A model generated the notes under the pieces. It searched no databases. It saw nothing but the letters and a program-made list of their open reading frames with translations, and was not told where the DNA came from. The translations under genes were made by a program, and so were the position numbers. Shown here piece after piece: positions 20,697 through 28,785 of a stretch of DNA of 64,000 nt. The DNA comes from an uncultured Bacteroidota bacterium (GTDB taxonomy: Bacteria; Bacteroidota; Bacteroidia; Bacteroidales; VadinHA17), in contig CAIJYD010000081.1 in the NCBI GenBank assembly GCA_903824785.1, positions 1,966-65,965 of the forward strand, in the 5' to 3' direction. How positions within the stretch are numbered: the stretch's first letter is position 1; each line of letters begins with the position of its first letter.

Positions 20697-20801
20697 GTAT
20701 AAATTTAATACTTTGAAACTATGAATATTGACCTCAAACACCAATTATTAATATTTACTTACAACAGCCAGTCCAAAAAAGTTGTCGTCAAATATTATAT
20801 T

Positions 20802-21824
20802 CTACATGAAACTTCTGGCGGTTTCAATCATCATTTTCAGATTCTGCGATGGAGTTGTCGGAGGAATGGCACATCCGGCATTCAGGATAAAACGATTTGA
20901 ATTCTTATATAATTCCAAAAGTTCCAGTGTCTTATTCCTGACATCATCTACCGTTCCCAATGCCAGCACTCCGCTCGGATCGACGTTGCCAATAAAGGTA
21001 ACCGAATCGTGAAGTAGATCGTAAACTTTTGCAATGTCGGTTTTATAATCGAGCTCAAGGGCATCAGCACCTGTCAGCATCATATGTTCAAGGATGACAT
21101 CGGTATTTCCGCAAATGTGCAGGGCATAAGGCACTCCCTCCTTATGTGCCACCTCTACTATCCTTTTTGAATAGGGCATTGCATACTTCAGATACATCTC
21201 GGCAGAGATCATCTCAGGTCCGGCAGGGCTGTCTCCGTTTGAAACCATGTCGCATCCTGTCTGTGACATAAGCTTAACAAACTGAGATGAAGCATCAGTA
21301 CAATATTCCAGGAGAAAACTGAGCTCCTCTTCTGTTCCCATCATTAAATCGAGCATCCAGGGTTGAGCACCACGCATCATGCTGGCTAATGAAAAAGGGG
21401 CCTGATCGCAATTACCACGGATAAATAAATCATTTTTATAATACTCTTTCAGCAGGCTTACAGCTTCAAGCCAGACCTGAATATATTTATAATCCTCTAC
21501 CTTTGCAGGCTTAAGTTTAAAAACATCCTCCAGATTAACAACATTCCCGTCATGTGAACGGGCAGCATCATCTACCGGAAAATCTACATGTACACCTACA
21601 GCTCCTGCAAGTGTAACAGTATCAATATCAACAAGTATACCATCGAAATGATATTTTTCGACAGATGAAATAAATGTTTCTGCAATTACCTTCGGGCTGT
21701 TACGGTACTGTTCCATAGTTACACCATGCTCACGGGCTGCTAACATAAAATTATGGAGCATCACGGGAATTTTATCAGGTTTCTCACCATTTAATACTGC
21801 CTTGATTCTTTCGTATCCGTTCAT
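20802..21824 (-). CDS. MtaA/CmuA-like methyltransferase (URO-D fold) with canonical Zn motif
   Basis: ERI..VL.GE.PD.IPV, APFSLAS.MRG, LHICG ... FILNAGC.IP (H-x-C-x79-C). Confidence 0.88.
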   Translation of the reverse strand: MNGYERIKAVLNGEKPDKIPVMLHNFMLAAREHGVTMEQYRNSPKVIAETFISSVEKYHFDGILVDIDTVTLAGAVGVHVDFPVDDAARSHDGNVVNLEDVFKLKPAKVEDYKYIQVWLEAVSLLKEYYKNDLFIRGNCDQAPFSLASMMRGAQPWMLDLMMGTEEELSFLLEYCTDASSQFVKLMSQTGCDMVSNGDSPAGPEMISAEMYLKYAMPYSKRIVEVAHKEGVPYALHICGNTDVILEHMMLTGADALELDYKTDIAKVYDLLHDSVTFIGNVDPSGVLALGTVDDVRNKTLELLELYKNSNRFILNAGCAIPPTTPSQNLKMMIETARSFM

Positions 21825-21829
21825 AGTTA

Positions 21830-21876
21830 TAATGGTTAATGGTTAATGGTTAATGGTTAATGGTTAATGGTTAATG
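21830..21876. repeat. Heptamer tandem repeat (TAATGGT)x6 plus a partial unit
   Basis: Perfect array read directly in the gap between two URO-D genes. Confidence 0.95.
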
Positions 21877-21886
21877 AAAAGGAATC

Positions 21887-22993
21887 TTAATTGTATTTTC
21901 CGAATTCTTTTACAAGTTCTGAGACACGTTTTACACGGCTTTCGAGACCATCGGGAGGCACCTGGTCGGCAACTCCCAGGACGAACCGCGGTTTGGTGAC
22001 CATAATTGAAAGAAGGTATCTGACATGTCTTTCAAATTCCTCTTCGTCTACGCAATCTGTAAAGTACGACCCCGGGATGCCTCCCCAGATTATACTTTCT
22101 GAATCGCCTGCAGTAGCTGCGAGATCCTCAAATTTCATATCACCCACAGGGTATGGAGTAAGTGCTTCAAGTACCGAAAATCCGACAGCAGCTTCATCAT
22201 GAAGCAATCCGCCTAATGTGCCATCAATATGAATAAAGGAGTATTTTCCTGCTGCTTTGATCTTACCTGTCCACTCTTTCTGATAATCATACATATAGAG
22301 GTTGAAAAGTTCCGGTCCAACCATTTCAGAAGAGAGGTTCTCAGGGATCATCAATACTTCAGCGGGGCTGTCAACAGCTATCTGAGCAGCCTTATCAAAT
22401 GCAGTTTTCATTGTATCGAGCAAATCTTTGAACTCATCAGGGGTGGTCAACGCTGCCATTGTAACTGCCATAACACCGGCTTCAAGAGCCATCAGGTGCA
22501 TAAACGGGCTTTTAGGCAGATAACAGAGTACGACACCCTGATCGCCAACCTGATTCCTGCGAAGTTCTGCAATATGATAATCAGGTTCAAAACGGGTATT
22601 CTGATAAATAAACTTCAGAACCGGAATGTCTTCTTCTGTTTTCATGAAGTGTTCAACGGGTGCCTCTGAAAATGAGGTCGGGATATATTCCCAGCATTCC
22701 CGCACTGAACCAACAGGGGTAACTATTTCTTTAAAGCGCTTCGCACCTTCATTCCATTCACGCACTTCGCAATGATCAGTAAACTGCCTGTACGGAAAGT
22801 AACCCTGAAGATAAAACCCAACTCCCAAATCACGATGCCACTTAATATAGTCGTCTGATAAGATAAAATCCTTTGGTTTCAGCCCCCTTTTTATCAAAGA
22901 ATTTGCCCAATAATCCAGATCCCCGAACCAGGGAACCTGATCGGGTGTTTCTCCTTTCAGAAGCGAGAAGATTCTTTCGCGGTGGGTCATCAT
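21887..22993 (-). CDS. URO-D/CIMS family protein (divergent, H-x-D type)
   Basis: THRERI...GE.PDQVPW, TPVG.VRE, PENLS, IHIDG, IWGGIP, VLGVADQVPP. Confidence 0.82.
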   Translation of the reverse strand: MMTHRERIFSLLKGETPDQVPWFGDLDYWANSLIKRGLKPKDFILSDDYIKWHRDLGVGFYLQGYFPYRQFTDHCEVREWNEGAKRFKEIVTPVGSVRECWEYIPTSFSEAPVEHFMKTEEDIPVLKFIYQNTRFEPDYHIAELRRNQVGDQGVVLCYLPKSPFMHLMALEAGVMAVTMAALTTPDEFKDLLDTMKTAFDKAAQIAVDSPAEVLMIPENLSSEMVGPELFNLYMYDYQKEWTGKIKAAGKYSFIHIDGTLGGLLHDEAAVGFSVLEALTPYPVGDMKFEDLAATAGDSESIIWGGIPGSYFTDCVDEEEFERHVRYLLSIMVTKPRFVLGVADQVPPDGLESRVKRVSELVKEFGKYN

Positions 22994-23002
22994 TAAGAAT
23001 GG

Positions 23003-24355
23003 TTAATAAAGTACTTCCTTTTCGATTTGTTCAAGTGTCTTTCCCTTGGTTTCAATTAAATATTTGTTCACATAAAGAAATCCGATGAAAGTAAAGGCCG
23101 AGAAGAAGAGAAAGGCATAACTCATTCCAGCCTGCTGAGCTGCCTGAGTGGTTCCAAAAAATCCGACCACAACAGGAAAGAAAAAGTTAAGAGAAGCATT
23201 AACCACCCAATTTGCGGAAGAGCCGGCTGAAGCACCTCTTGCTCTGATAATATTCGGGAACATCTCAGATAATAAAACCCAGATTACTACTCCCATTGAT
23301 GAGGCAAAGAAGGCAATATATGCAACCAGCAATGCCACTAACCAGTAACCGGAAATATTTCCGGTAAGCAGTCCATATCCGAATAATCCAAGCACTATCA
23401 CCATCCCAAGCTGCCCTGTCAGCAATAATTTTTTCCGCCCGATCTTGTCAATGACAGCCATGGCAATGAGGGTGAAAATCAAATTTGTAACACCAAGTAT
23501 AACACTCTGCAACATTGAAGTATCGCTTGAAAATCCGGCGATACTGAATATCTGTGCGGAATAATAGAAAACAACTCCGATGCCTGTAAGCTGACTGAAT
23601 ATCCCTACAAATATCCCGATGAATATAATTTTCCTGTATGGTCTTTTGAAAAGGTTTATTCTTTTGGCTAAGATCTCAGCATTAATAGATTCCTGGATCT
23701 CCAGAAGTGTCTGATCTGTATCTATCTCATGAGATGACAGATCTTCGATATTTTTCTTCGCTTCTTCTATCCTGCCCTTTTTCACCAGCCATCTGGGACT
23801 TTGTCTGATAACGAGAAGCATCAGGAAAAATGCAATGGCAGGAAGAGCACCACTGAAAAGCATCCATCGCCAGTTCTGGTCGCCGATGTTAAGAAGCAGA
23901 TAATTGGTTACCAGTGATAACAGGATCCCCACTACAATAGCCAATTGGAATGTTGAAGCCAGAACACCCCTGTGTTTTGGAGGAGATATCTCGGAAATAT
24001 AGACAGGACAAAGGACAGATGCACCACCGATTGCCAGACCACCAATAAACCTGAAAAGTATGAAGACATTTATGCTCCCTGCCAACCCACATCCTACTGA
24101 AGATGCAAAAAACAGAACTGCCAGTATCTGGAGCAGCCTTTGTGCTCCATAAGTATCACCCGGCTTACCAATAAGAATGGTGCCAAAAATACATCCGACA
24201 AGAGCCGAACTGACTGTCCATCCCTGTATTGCCGGAGTAAGGCTAAAGTGCCTGACCAGATCGAGCATTGCCCCGTTTATGATTACCGTATCGTAGCCAA
24301 ACAACAGGCCGCCCAAAGCGGAGGCGATTGTGCATCTAATAAGTATTTTATTCAT
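23003..24355 (-). CDS. Sugar porter family MFS transporter
   Basis: ALGGLLFGYD, YISEISP..RG, QL.G, DKIGRK, LSEMFP..IR, ETKGKTLEQIE. Confidence 0.95.
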   Translation of the reverse strand: MNKILIRCTIASALGGLLFGYDTVIINGAMLDLVRHFSLTPAIQGWTVSSALVGCIFGTILIGKPGDTYGAQRLLQILAVLFFASSVGCGLAGSINVFILFRFIGGLAIGGASVLCPVYISEISPPKHRGVLASTFQLAIVVGILLSLVTNYLLLNIGDQNWRWMLFSGALPAIAFFLMLLVIRQSPRWLVKKGRIEEAKKNIEDLSSHEIDTDQTLLEIQESINAEILAKRINLFKRPYRKIIFIGIFVGIFSQLTGIGVVFYYSAQIFSIAGFSSDTSMLQSVILGVTNLIFTLIAMAVIDKIGRKKLLLTGQLGMVIVLGLFGYGLLTGNISGYWLVALLVAYIAFFASSMGVVIWVLLSEMFPNIIRARGASAGSSANWVVNASLNFFFPVVVGFFGTTQAAQQAGMSYAFLFFSAFTFIGFLYVNKYLIETKGKTLEQIEKEVLY

Positions 24356-24559
24356 AATTAAACTATTACACTATAAATGGTTCGTAAAATATTTCTCTGG
24401 TTCATGTTTCAACTTATAAATCCTTCCGGTACTGCTGTATTGTAATGCCGGAAGAAACTTAACCCTGTTTTCAGGTAAAAATAGCCAATAAACCCAAATT
24501 ATGGCCCTAATAAATAGAATTATATTTACATTTATAATCAGAACCTAATTTAATGAGCC

Positions 24560-26374
24560 ATGAAACGCAGAAACTTTATTAAAACTGCAGGGTACTCTGC
24601 TGCAGGAACACTTGTTGCTTCACAATTCAATGAAAGCCAGGCATCTGCTCAGCAGGTAAAATCACAAACTGTTCAGGGCGGTAATAAGGCAACTGTTGTG
24701 GTAAAAGAGAATAAGATTTTCGTTGAAACGATAACACTCTCCGCAGTGATTGAAAAGGGAGTATTAACCTCCCTGAAGGATAAGCCAAACGGGGAAGAAT
24801 TTATTGAAAAGCCTGATATAACTAACTTCAGGGCATTGCAATTGTTATACCGCAACAACGAGAAGATCAATATTAACGAAGAGAAGTTTGGCAGTACCAT
24901 ATCGCGCCAGCTTTCTGATCAGAAGGCTGAAGTTCTGTTTCACAGCTGGGAAGGTGATGGTGTTCTTTCAATATCTGTTGATGAAGTGACGGGAGATCTG
25001 TTGATTGAACCTTCTGCCTACTCCTCCCGACCGGGAATAATGGCATGCCGGTGGAACATTTCAGGAGTTAAACCAACTCTTGATCTGGTGGCACCTCTCT
25101 TCCAGGGTATTAAGCTTAAACTTGACGATCCATTAATAAAAAATAACAGGTGGAGGTGGCCTTCAGACTGGGAGGCCGGACTGGCTATTTTTCAGTCAAA
25201 GGAGGGAGGATTCTGGGTTCATTCACAGGACACTCAATACCGTTTCAAGGCTTTACAAACAGGAATTGAATCTGATCCTTTCATAATTGGTCTTGACAGC
25301 GAAGCTTACGGACCATTGGATGACAATCTTAGTGCCGGTGGAATCTGCTGGAGAATTAATACCTATCGTGGTGAGTGGCAGGTACCTGCGGAAAAATACC
25401 GGCAATGGTACTGGCAGGCATATAAACTGGATGCTGAGGAAAAGAGACGCAAACCATGGATAAATGATATCAGACTGGCGGTATCATGGTGCCCGGGAAA
25501 ACCTGAGATCCTCGATGCTTTATCCAAAAGAGTGTCGCCAAAGAAAATTCTGCTGCACTTTTCCGACTGGAGAACAGACAGGTATGATGAGAATTATCCC
25601 GACTATTTTGCCAGTGAGAATGCCAGAACTTTCATGAAAAAAGGCAACGAGATGGGATTTCATATTATGCCCCATTTCAACTCTATTGATATGGATCCTT
25701 CCAATCCGGTTTATGCCCAGGTTCGGGATTTCCCCTACAGATCGATTGAGACAAATCAGTTGCAGGGATGGAGCTGGTATAACAGCAGAGTGATTGGCGT
25801 TCCCGAATCAAATATGAATCGCCTTAATAACCGTGATAAGAAAGTAATGGTTAAGATTCATCCCGGATTAACCATGTGGCGTTCAATTCTGGGGGAAAGA
25901 ATACTTAACGCATCAAAGGAGCTTTCTCTGAATACCGCTTTTATTGATGTAACACTCTGTATCTGGAACATACATAACTGCATAGTTGAAACAATGGCTC
26001 CCACTGAAGGAATGAGCAGGCTGATAAGGCATGTATCAGAACTGGGAAACGGGCTGGCAGTTGGAGGTGAAGGATTGAACGAAATTACAGCTCAGGGGCT
26101 TTCATTTGCACAGGTACATCTCTTCAGAAGCTGGCAAACGTCAACAGAAGGACTGGAGAGGGCCGGAGGATGCAACCTGAACGAAATACTCTTCGGGAAA
26201 CTTTGCCGCACGTTTGGTTATTCCAGCCTTAGTGGCAAGACCAAAGACGAGGAGCTGCGAATGCAGATTCATCTTGATCATGGCGCAATTCCAACAATAA
26301 CCCTAAGATCGGCAGATGAGATAATCAATCCGAATCCCGCAGTAAAAAGGATGCTGGAGCTGGCAAACAGTTAG
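24560..26374 (+). CDS. Tat-exported DUF6259-like putative glycoside hydrolase
   Basis: Twin-arginine MKRRNFIKTAG; GEWQV.AE.YR.W, WR.D.YDENYPDY, GFHIMPH, FIDV, GGEG.NE. Confidence 0.65.
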   Translation: MKRRNFIKTAGYSAAGTLVASQFNESQASAQQVKSQTVQGGNKATVVVKENKIFVETITLSAVIEKGVLTSLKDKPNGEEFIEKPDITNFRALQLLYRNNEKININEEKFGSTISRQLSDQKAEVLFHSWEGDGVLSISVDEVTGDLLIEPSAYSSRPGIMACRWNISGVKPTLDLVAPLFQGIKLKLDDPLIKNNRWRWPSDWEAGLAIFQSKEGGFWVHSQDTQYRFKALQTGIESDPFIIGLDSEAYGPLDDNLSAGGICWRINTYRGEWQVPAEKYRQWYWQAYKLDAEEKRRKPWINDIRLAVSWCPGKPEILDALSKRVSPKKILLHFSDWRTDRYDENYPDYFASENARTFMKKGNEMGFHIMPHFNSIDMDPSNPVYAQVRDFPYRSIETNQLQGWSWYNSRVIGVPESNMNRLNNRDKKVMVKIHPGLTMWRSILGERILNASKELSLNTAFIDVTLCIWNIHNCIVETMAPTEGMSRLIRHVSELGNGLAVGGEGLNEITAQGLSFAQVHLFRSWQTSTEGLERAGGCNLNEILFGKLCRTFGYSSLSGKTKDEELRMQIHLDHGAIPTITLRSADEIINPNPAVKRMLELANS

Positions 26375-26378
26375 GTAT

Positions 26379-27452
26379 TCATGGGTTAATTTCCAGTGGA
26401 TACTTTCCGTATTTGTGAACCGTATCGATAAGAGCCATTGCATTTGCGAGAGGTATGTCGTCGTGAAGACTGTGATCGGTTGAGAGGATATAGCCTCCTC
26501 CGGGTGCTCCGGTTTTCAGGCACTCGAGTGTTTCCTTAATAACATCTTCAGGTGACCCGGTGACCATTGTGGTCTTGTTGTTTACATTACCAATTGGACA
26601 AATCCGTCCCGGATATTTCTGCTTTATCAATGCCAGATCCATTGAGGCTGCTTTCTCTACCGGATGGTAAGCATCTATTCCTGTATCTACAAGATCGTCA
26701 AGTATTTCCCAAAGATTGCCGTCGTTATGCATAATAACGGGAACACCAAATGACTTTAAACCTTCCACCAATTTTTTGAATGGCACTATAAAAAACTCCC
26801 TGAACTGGTCAGGCGAGATGAGTAAACCACCTGTGCCGCCCCAATCATCAGAGATATGAAAAGCATCAACGCCACCTGTTTTATAAGCTATTTTTGCACA
26901 TTCGAGTGCCCATACAACAAAAGCATCTGTCATCTCATGAACCAGATCAGGCTCCATAAAAAGTGACATTGACAATGTCTCAAAATCCATAAGGTACCAC
27001 GACATCATTGTAAACGGGCCGAGTAAACCTGCGGCAACAGCCAGACCGGTGTCGTTGGCAGCAATAACATCATTGAGGATCTTCAGCCTGAAAGAAGTAT
27101 CCGCCTCAGGCATTGTATATTTCTGCCAATCCTCCCGGCATTTAACAGGAGTGTTGACCTGGGCTATAATCGGCCAGCCATTTTTCTGATAAGTTACTCC
27201 CCATTCGTCGGTATAAATCTCATTCAACGCATGAGGAATCTCTTCAATTCCACAAAAACCGTTAATCGGAGCCCATACCACATCGAGGCCAAGTTTTGCA
27301 GCCATCCGCACCTGTGTTTTTCCGTCATAAAGCTCTGTATTATAGCCCATTACTTCTTTCTGGAGCTTTAAGCTGAATAGATATTCCCAAACTGGCACCC
27401 GGTCGGGAGTACCACCCTTCAGAGCAATTAAAACACGTTCTCTCGAATTCAT
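26379..27452 (-). CDS. URO-D/CIMS family protein (H-x-D...H type)
   Basis: SRERVL.AL.GG.PDRVP, TDEWG, SDDWG...GLLISP, MHNDG, GNVN, GGYILSTDHSL. Confidence 0.88.
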   Translation of the reverse strand: MNSRERVLIALKGGTPDRVPVWEYLFSLKLQKEVMGYNTELYDGKTQVRMAAKLGLDVVWAPINGFCGIEEIPHALNEIYTDEWGVTYQKNGWPIIAQVNTPVKCREDWQKYTMPEADTSFRLKILNDVIAANDTGLAVAAGLLGPFTMMSWYLMDFETLSMSLFMEPDLVHEMTDAFVVWALECAKIAYKTGGVDAFHISDDWGGTGGLLISPDQFREFFIVPFKKLVEGLKSFGVPVIMHNDGNLWEILDDLVDTGIDAYHPVEKAASMDLALIKQKYPGRICPIGNVNNKTTMVTGSPEDVIKETLECLKTGAPGGGYILSTDHSLHDDIPLANAMALIDTVHKYGKYPLEINP

Positions 27453-27477
27453 AGTTCGTTTAAATAATAAAAATAGT

Positions 27478-27497
27478 CATTAACCATTAACCATTAA
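27478..27497. repeat. CATTAAC x about 3 (reverse orientation of the TAATGGT-family heptamer), forming the 3' end of the epimerase gene
   Basis: cattaac cattaac cattaa; encodes ...LMVNG* on the minus strand. Confidence 0.7.
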
Positions 27498-28736
27498 ATC
27501 AATTCTTTTCATAAGTTCCATCATTGCCCGGCCATTATGGTAAGGACATTTCCACGGATCTATCTTCCAGTCATTCCGGTAATATGGTGAAGGATCATCA
27601 GCAGGTTCCTCCAGATAAGGCACTCCCAACCTGTTAAGTTTGGTGAACCATTCTCCCCTTTCGTGGTCGATAAGACAGGTATCGATAAACTTCCATGACA
27701 ATTTTACTGTATTCCAGTATTTTACATCCCCGGTTAATTCGAAGGCGTTCATAAAACCCACGAGTGTTTCCGCCTGCTGCCACCAGTGTTTATTGGTTTT
27801 TACATGACTCCCGAACCGTGTTGACTCAAGAAAAAGGCCACCGTCTTTGTCAACAGCTACCCGCTCAATATTATCGGCCATTCGGATAGCCATAAGGCGC
27901 ATCTTTTCTATTATCTCCCTGTTGCCCAGGATCTCAGCAGCTTCCCATAAAAGCCACGACCCTTCAATATCGTGGCCGAATGAACATATCCCTTTCGATG
28001 AACCGGCTTCATTGAACGCTTCATCGAAGAAAATTCCAAAATGACCATTTTCCCTGATGATCTTACCAAGAAAAAGGTTCATCAGTTCAGTAAGTCTAAG
28101 CTCGACCTTTGGATCTTTCCATACTTTATACAGAGCAGCCCATGCTTCAAGGAGATGAAGATGGGTATTCATCGATTTTGGCTCATTATTATCGGCCATA
28201 CGATTTTCGCCATAGATCTTCCAGTCGCGGGTAAAAGATTCCCTGTAACCAATGTTATCCGGATCTTTGGTTTTTTCCTCGAGGAGCGCAAAAAATCCTC
28301 TGATTTTCTGCATCACGGCATCGAGCGGACGAAACTCATAATATTTACAAAGAGAATAGATCACAAAAGCCTGGGCGTAGGTATGTTTTATATCGTTCGC
28401 CACCTTATTGTCTGACGATAATTCCATATAATAACCCCCAAGTTCTTTATCCTCAAAGTCTTCGGTAACAACCCTGTATGCTTTATCAGCAATTGCTGCA
28501 TATTCACTGTTCCCCTCCAGCATTGCAGCTGCAGAAAATGTCCATAAGATCCTGGCATTCAAAACGCTGGTCTTATTGGCTGTCAGCACCGGGTTTCCTT
28601 CCAGATCAACGGCTCCGTAGAATCCGTGTCCCTCTTTTTCAACCCCATATTTCATCCAGTAGGGAAGAATATCATTATGCAGTTCTGAACTGAAATAGTC
28701 GCGATACTGCTTTAATTCATTTTTTACTGAATCCAT
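27480..28736 (-). CDS. AGE-family epimerase, cellobiose/mannobiose 2-epimerase-like
   Basis: ILPYW, NARILWTFS, YAQAF.IY, SMNTHLHLLEA, SFGHDIEGSWLL, WWQQAE, WKCPYHNGR; no signal peptide. Confidence 0.92.
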   Translation of the reverse strand: MDSVKNELKQYRDYFSSELHNDILPYWMKYGVEKEGHGFYGAVDLEGNPVLTANKTSVLNARILWTFSAAAMLEGNSEYAAIADKAYRVVTEDFEDKELGGYYMELSSDNKVANDIKHTYAQAFVIYSLCKYYEFRPLDAVMQKIRGFFALLEEKTKDPDNIGYRESFTRDWKIYGENRMADNNEPKSMNTHLHLLEAWAALYKVWKDPKVELRLTELMNLFLGKIIRENGHFGIFFDEAFNEAGSSKGICSFGHDIEGSWLLWEAAEILGNREIIEKMRLMAIRMADNIERVAVDKDGGLFLESTRFGSHVKTNKHWWQQAETLVGFMNAFELTGDVKYWNTVKLSWKFIDTCLIDHERGEWFTKLNRLGVPYLEEPADDPSPYYRNDWKIDPWKCPYHNGRAMMELMKRIDLMVNG

Positions 28737-28785
28737 ATTTTACTTTATATTTTTGTACCATTTTATTTAAACAACCGATAAACAG

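Noticed and set aside
21830-21876. CRISPR array or telomere-like repeat
   Set aside because: 7-nt units without spacers; no cas genes
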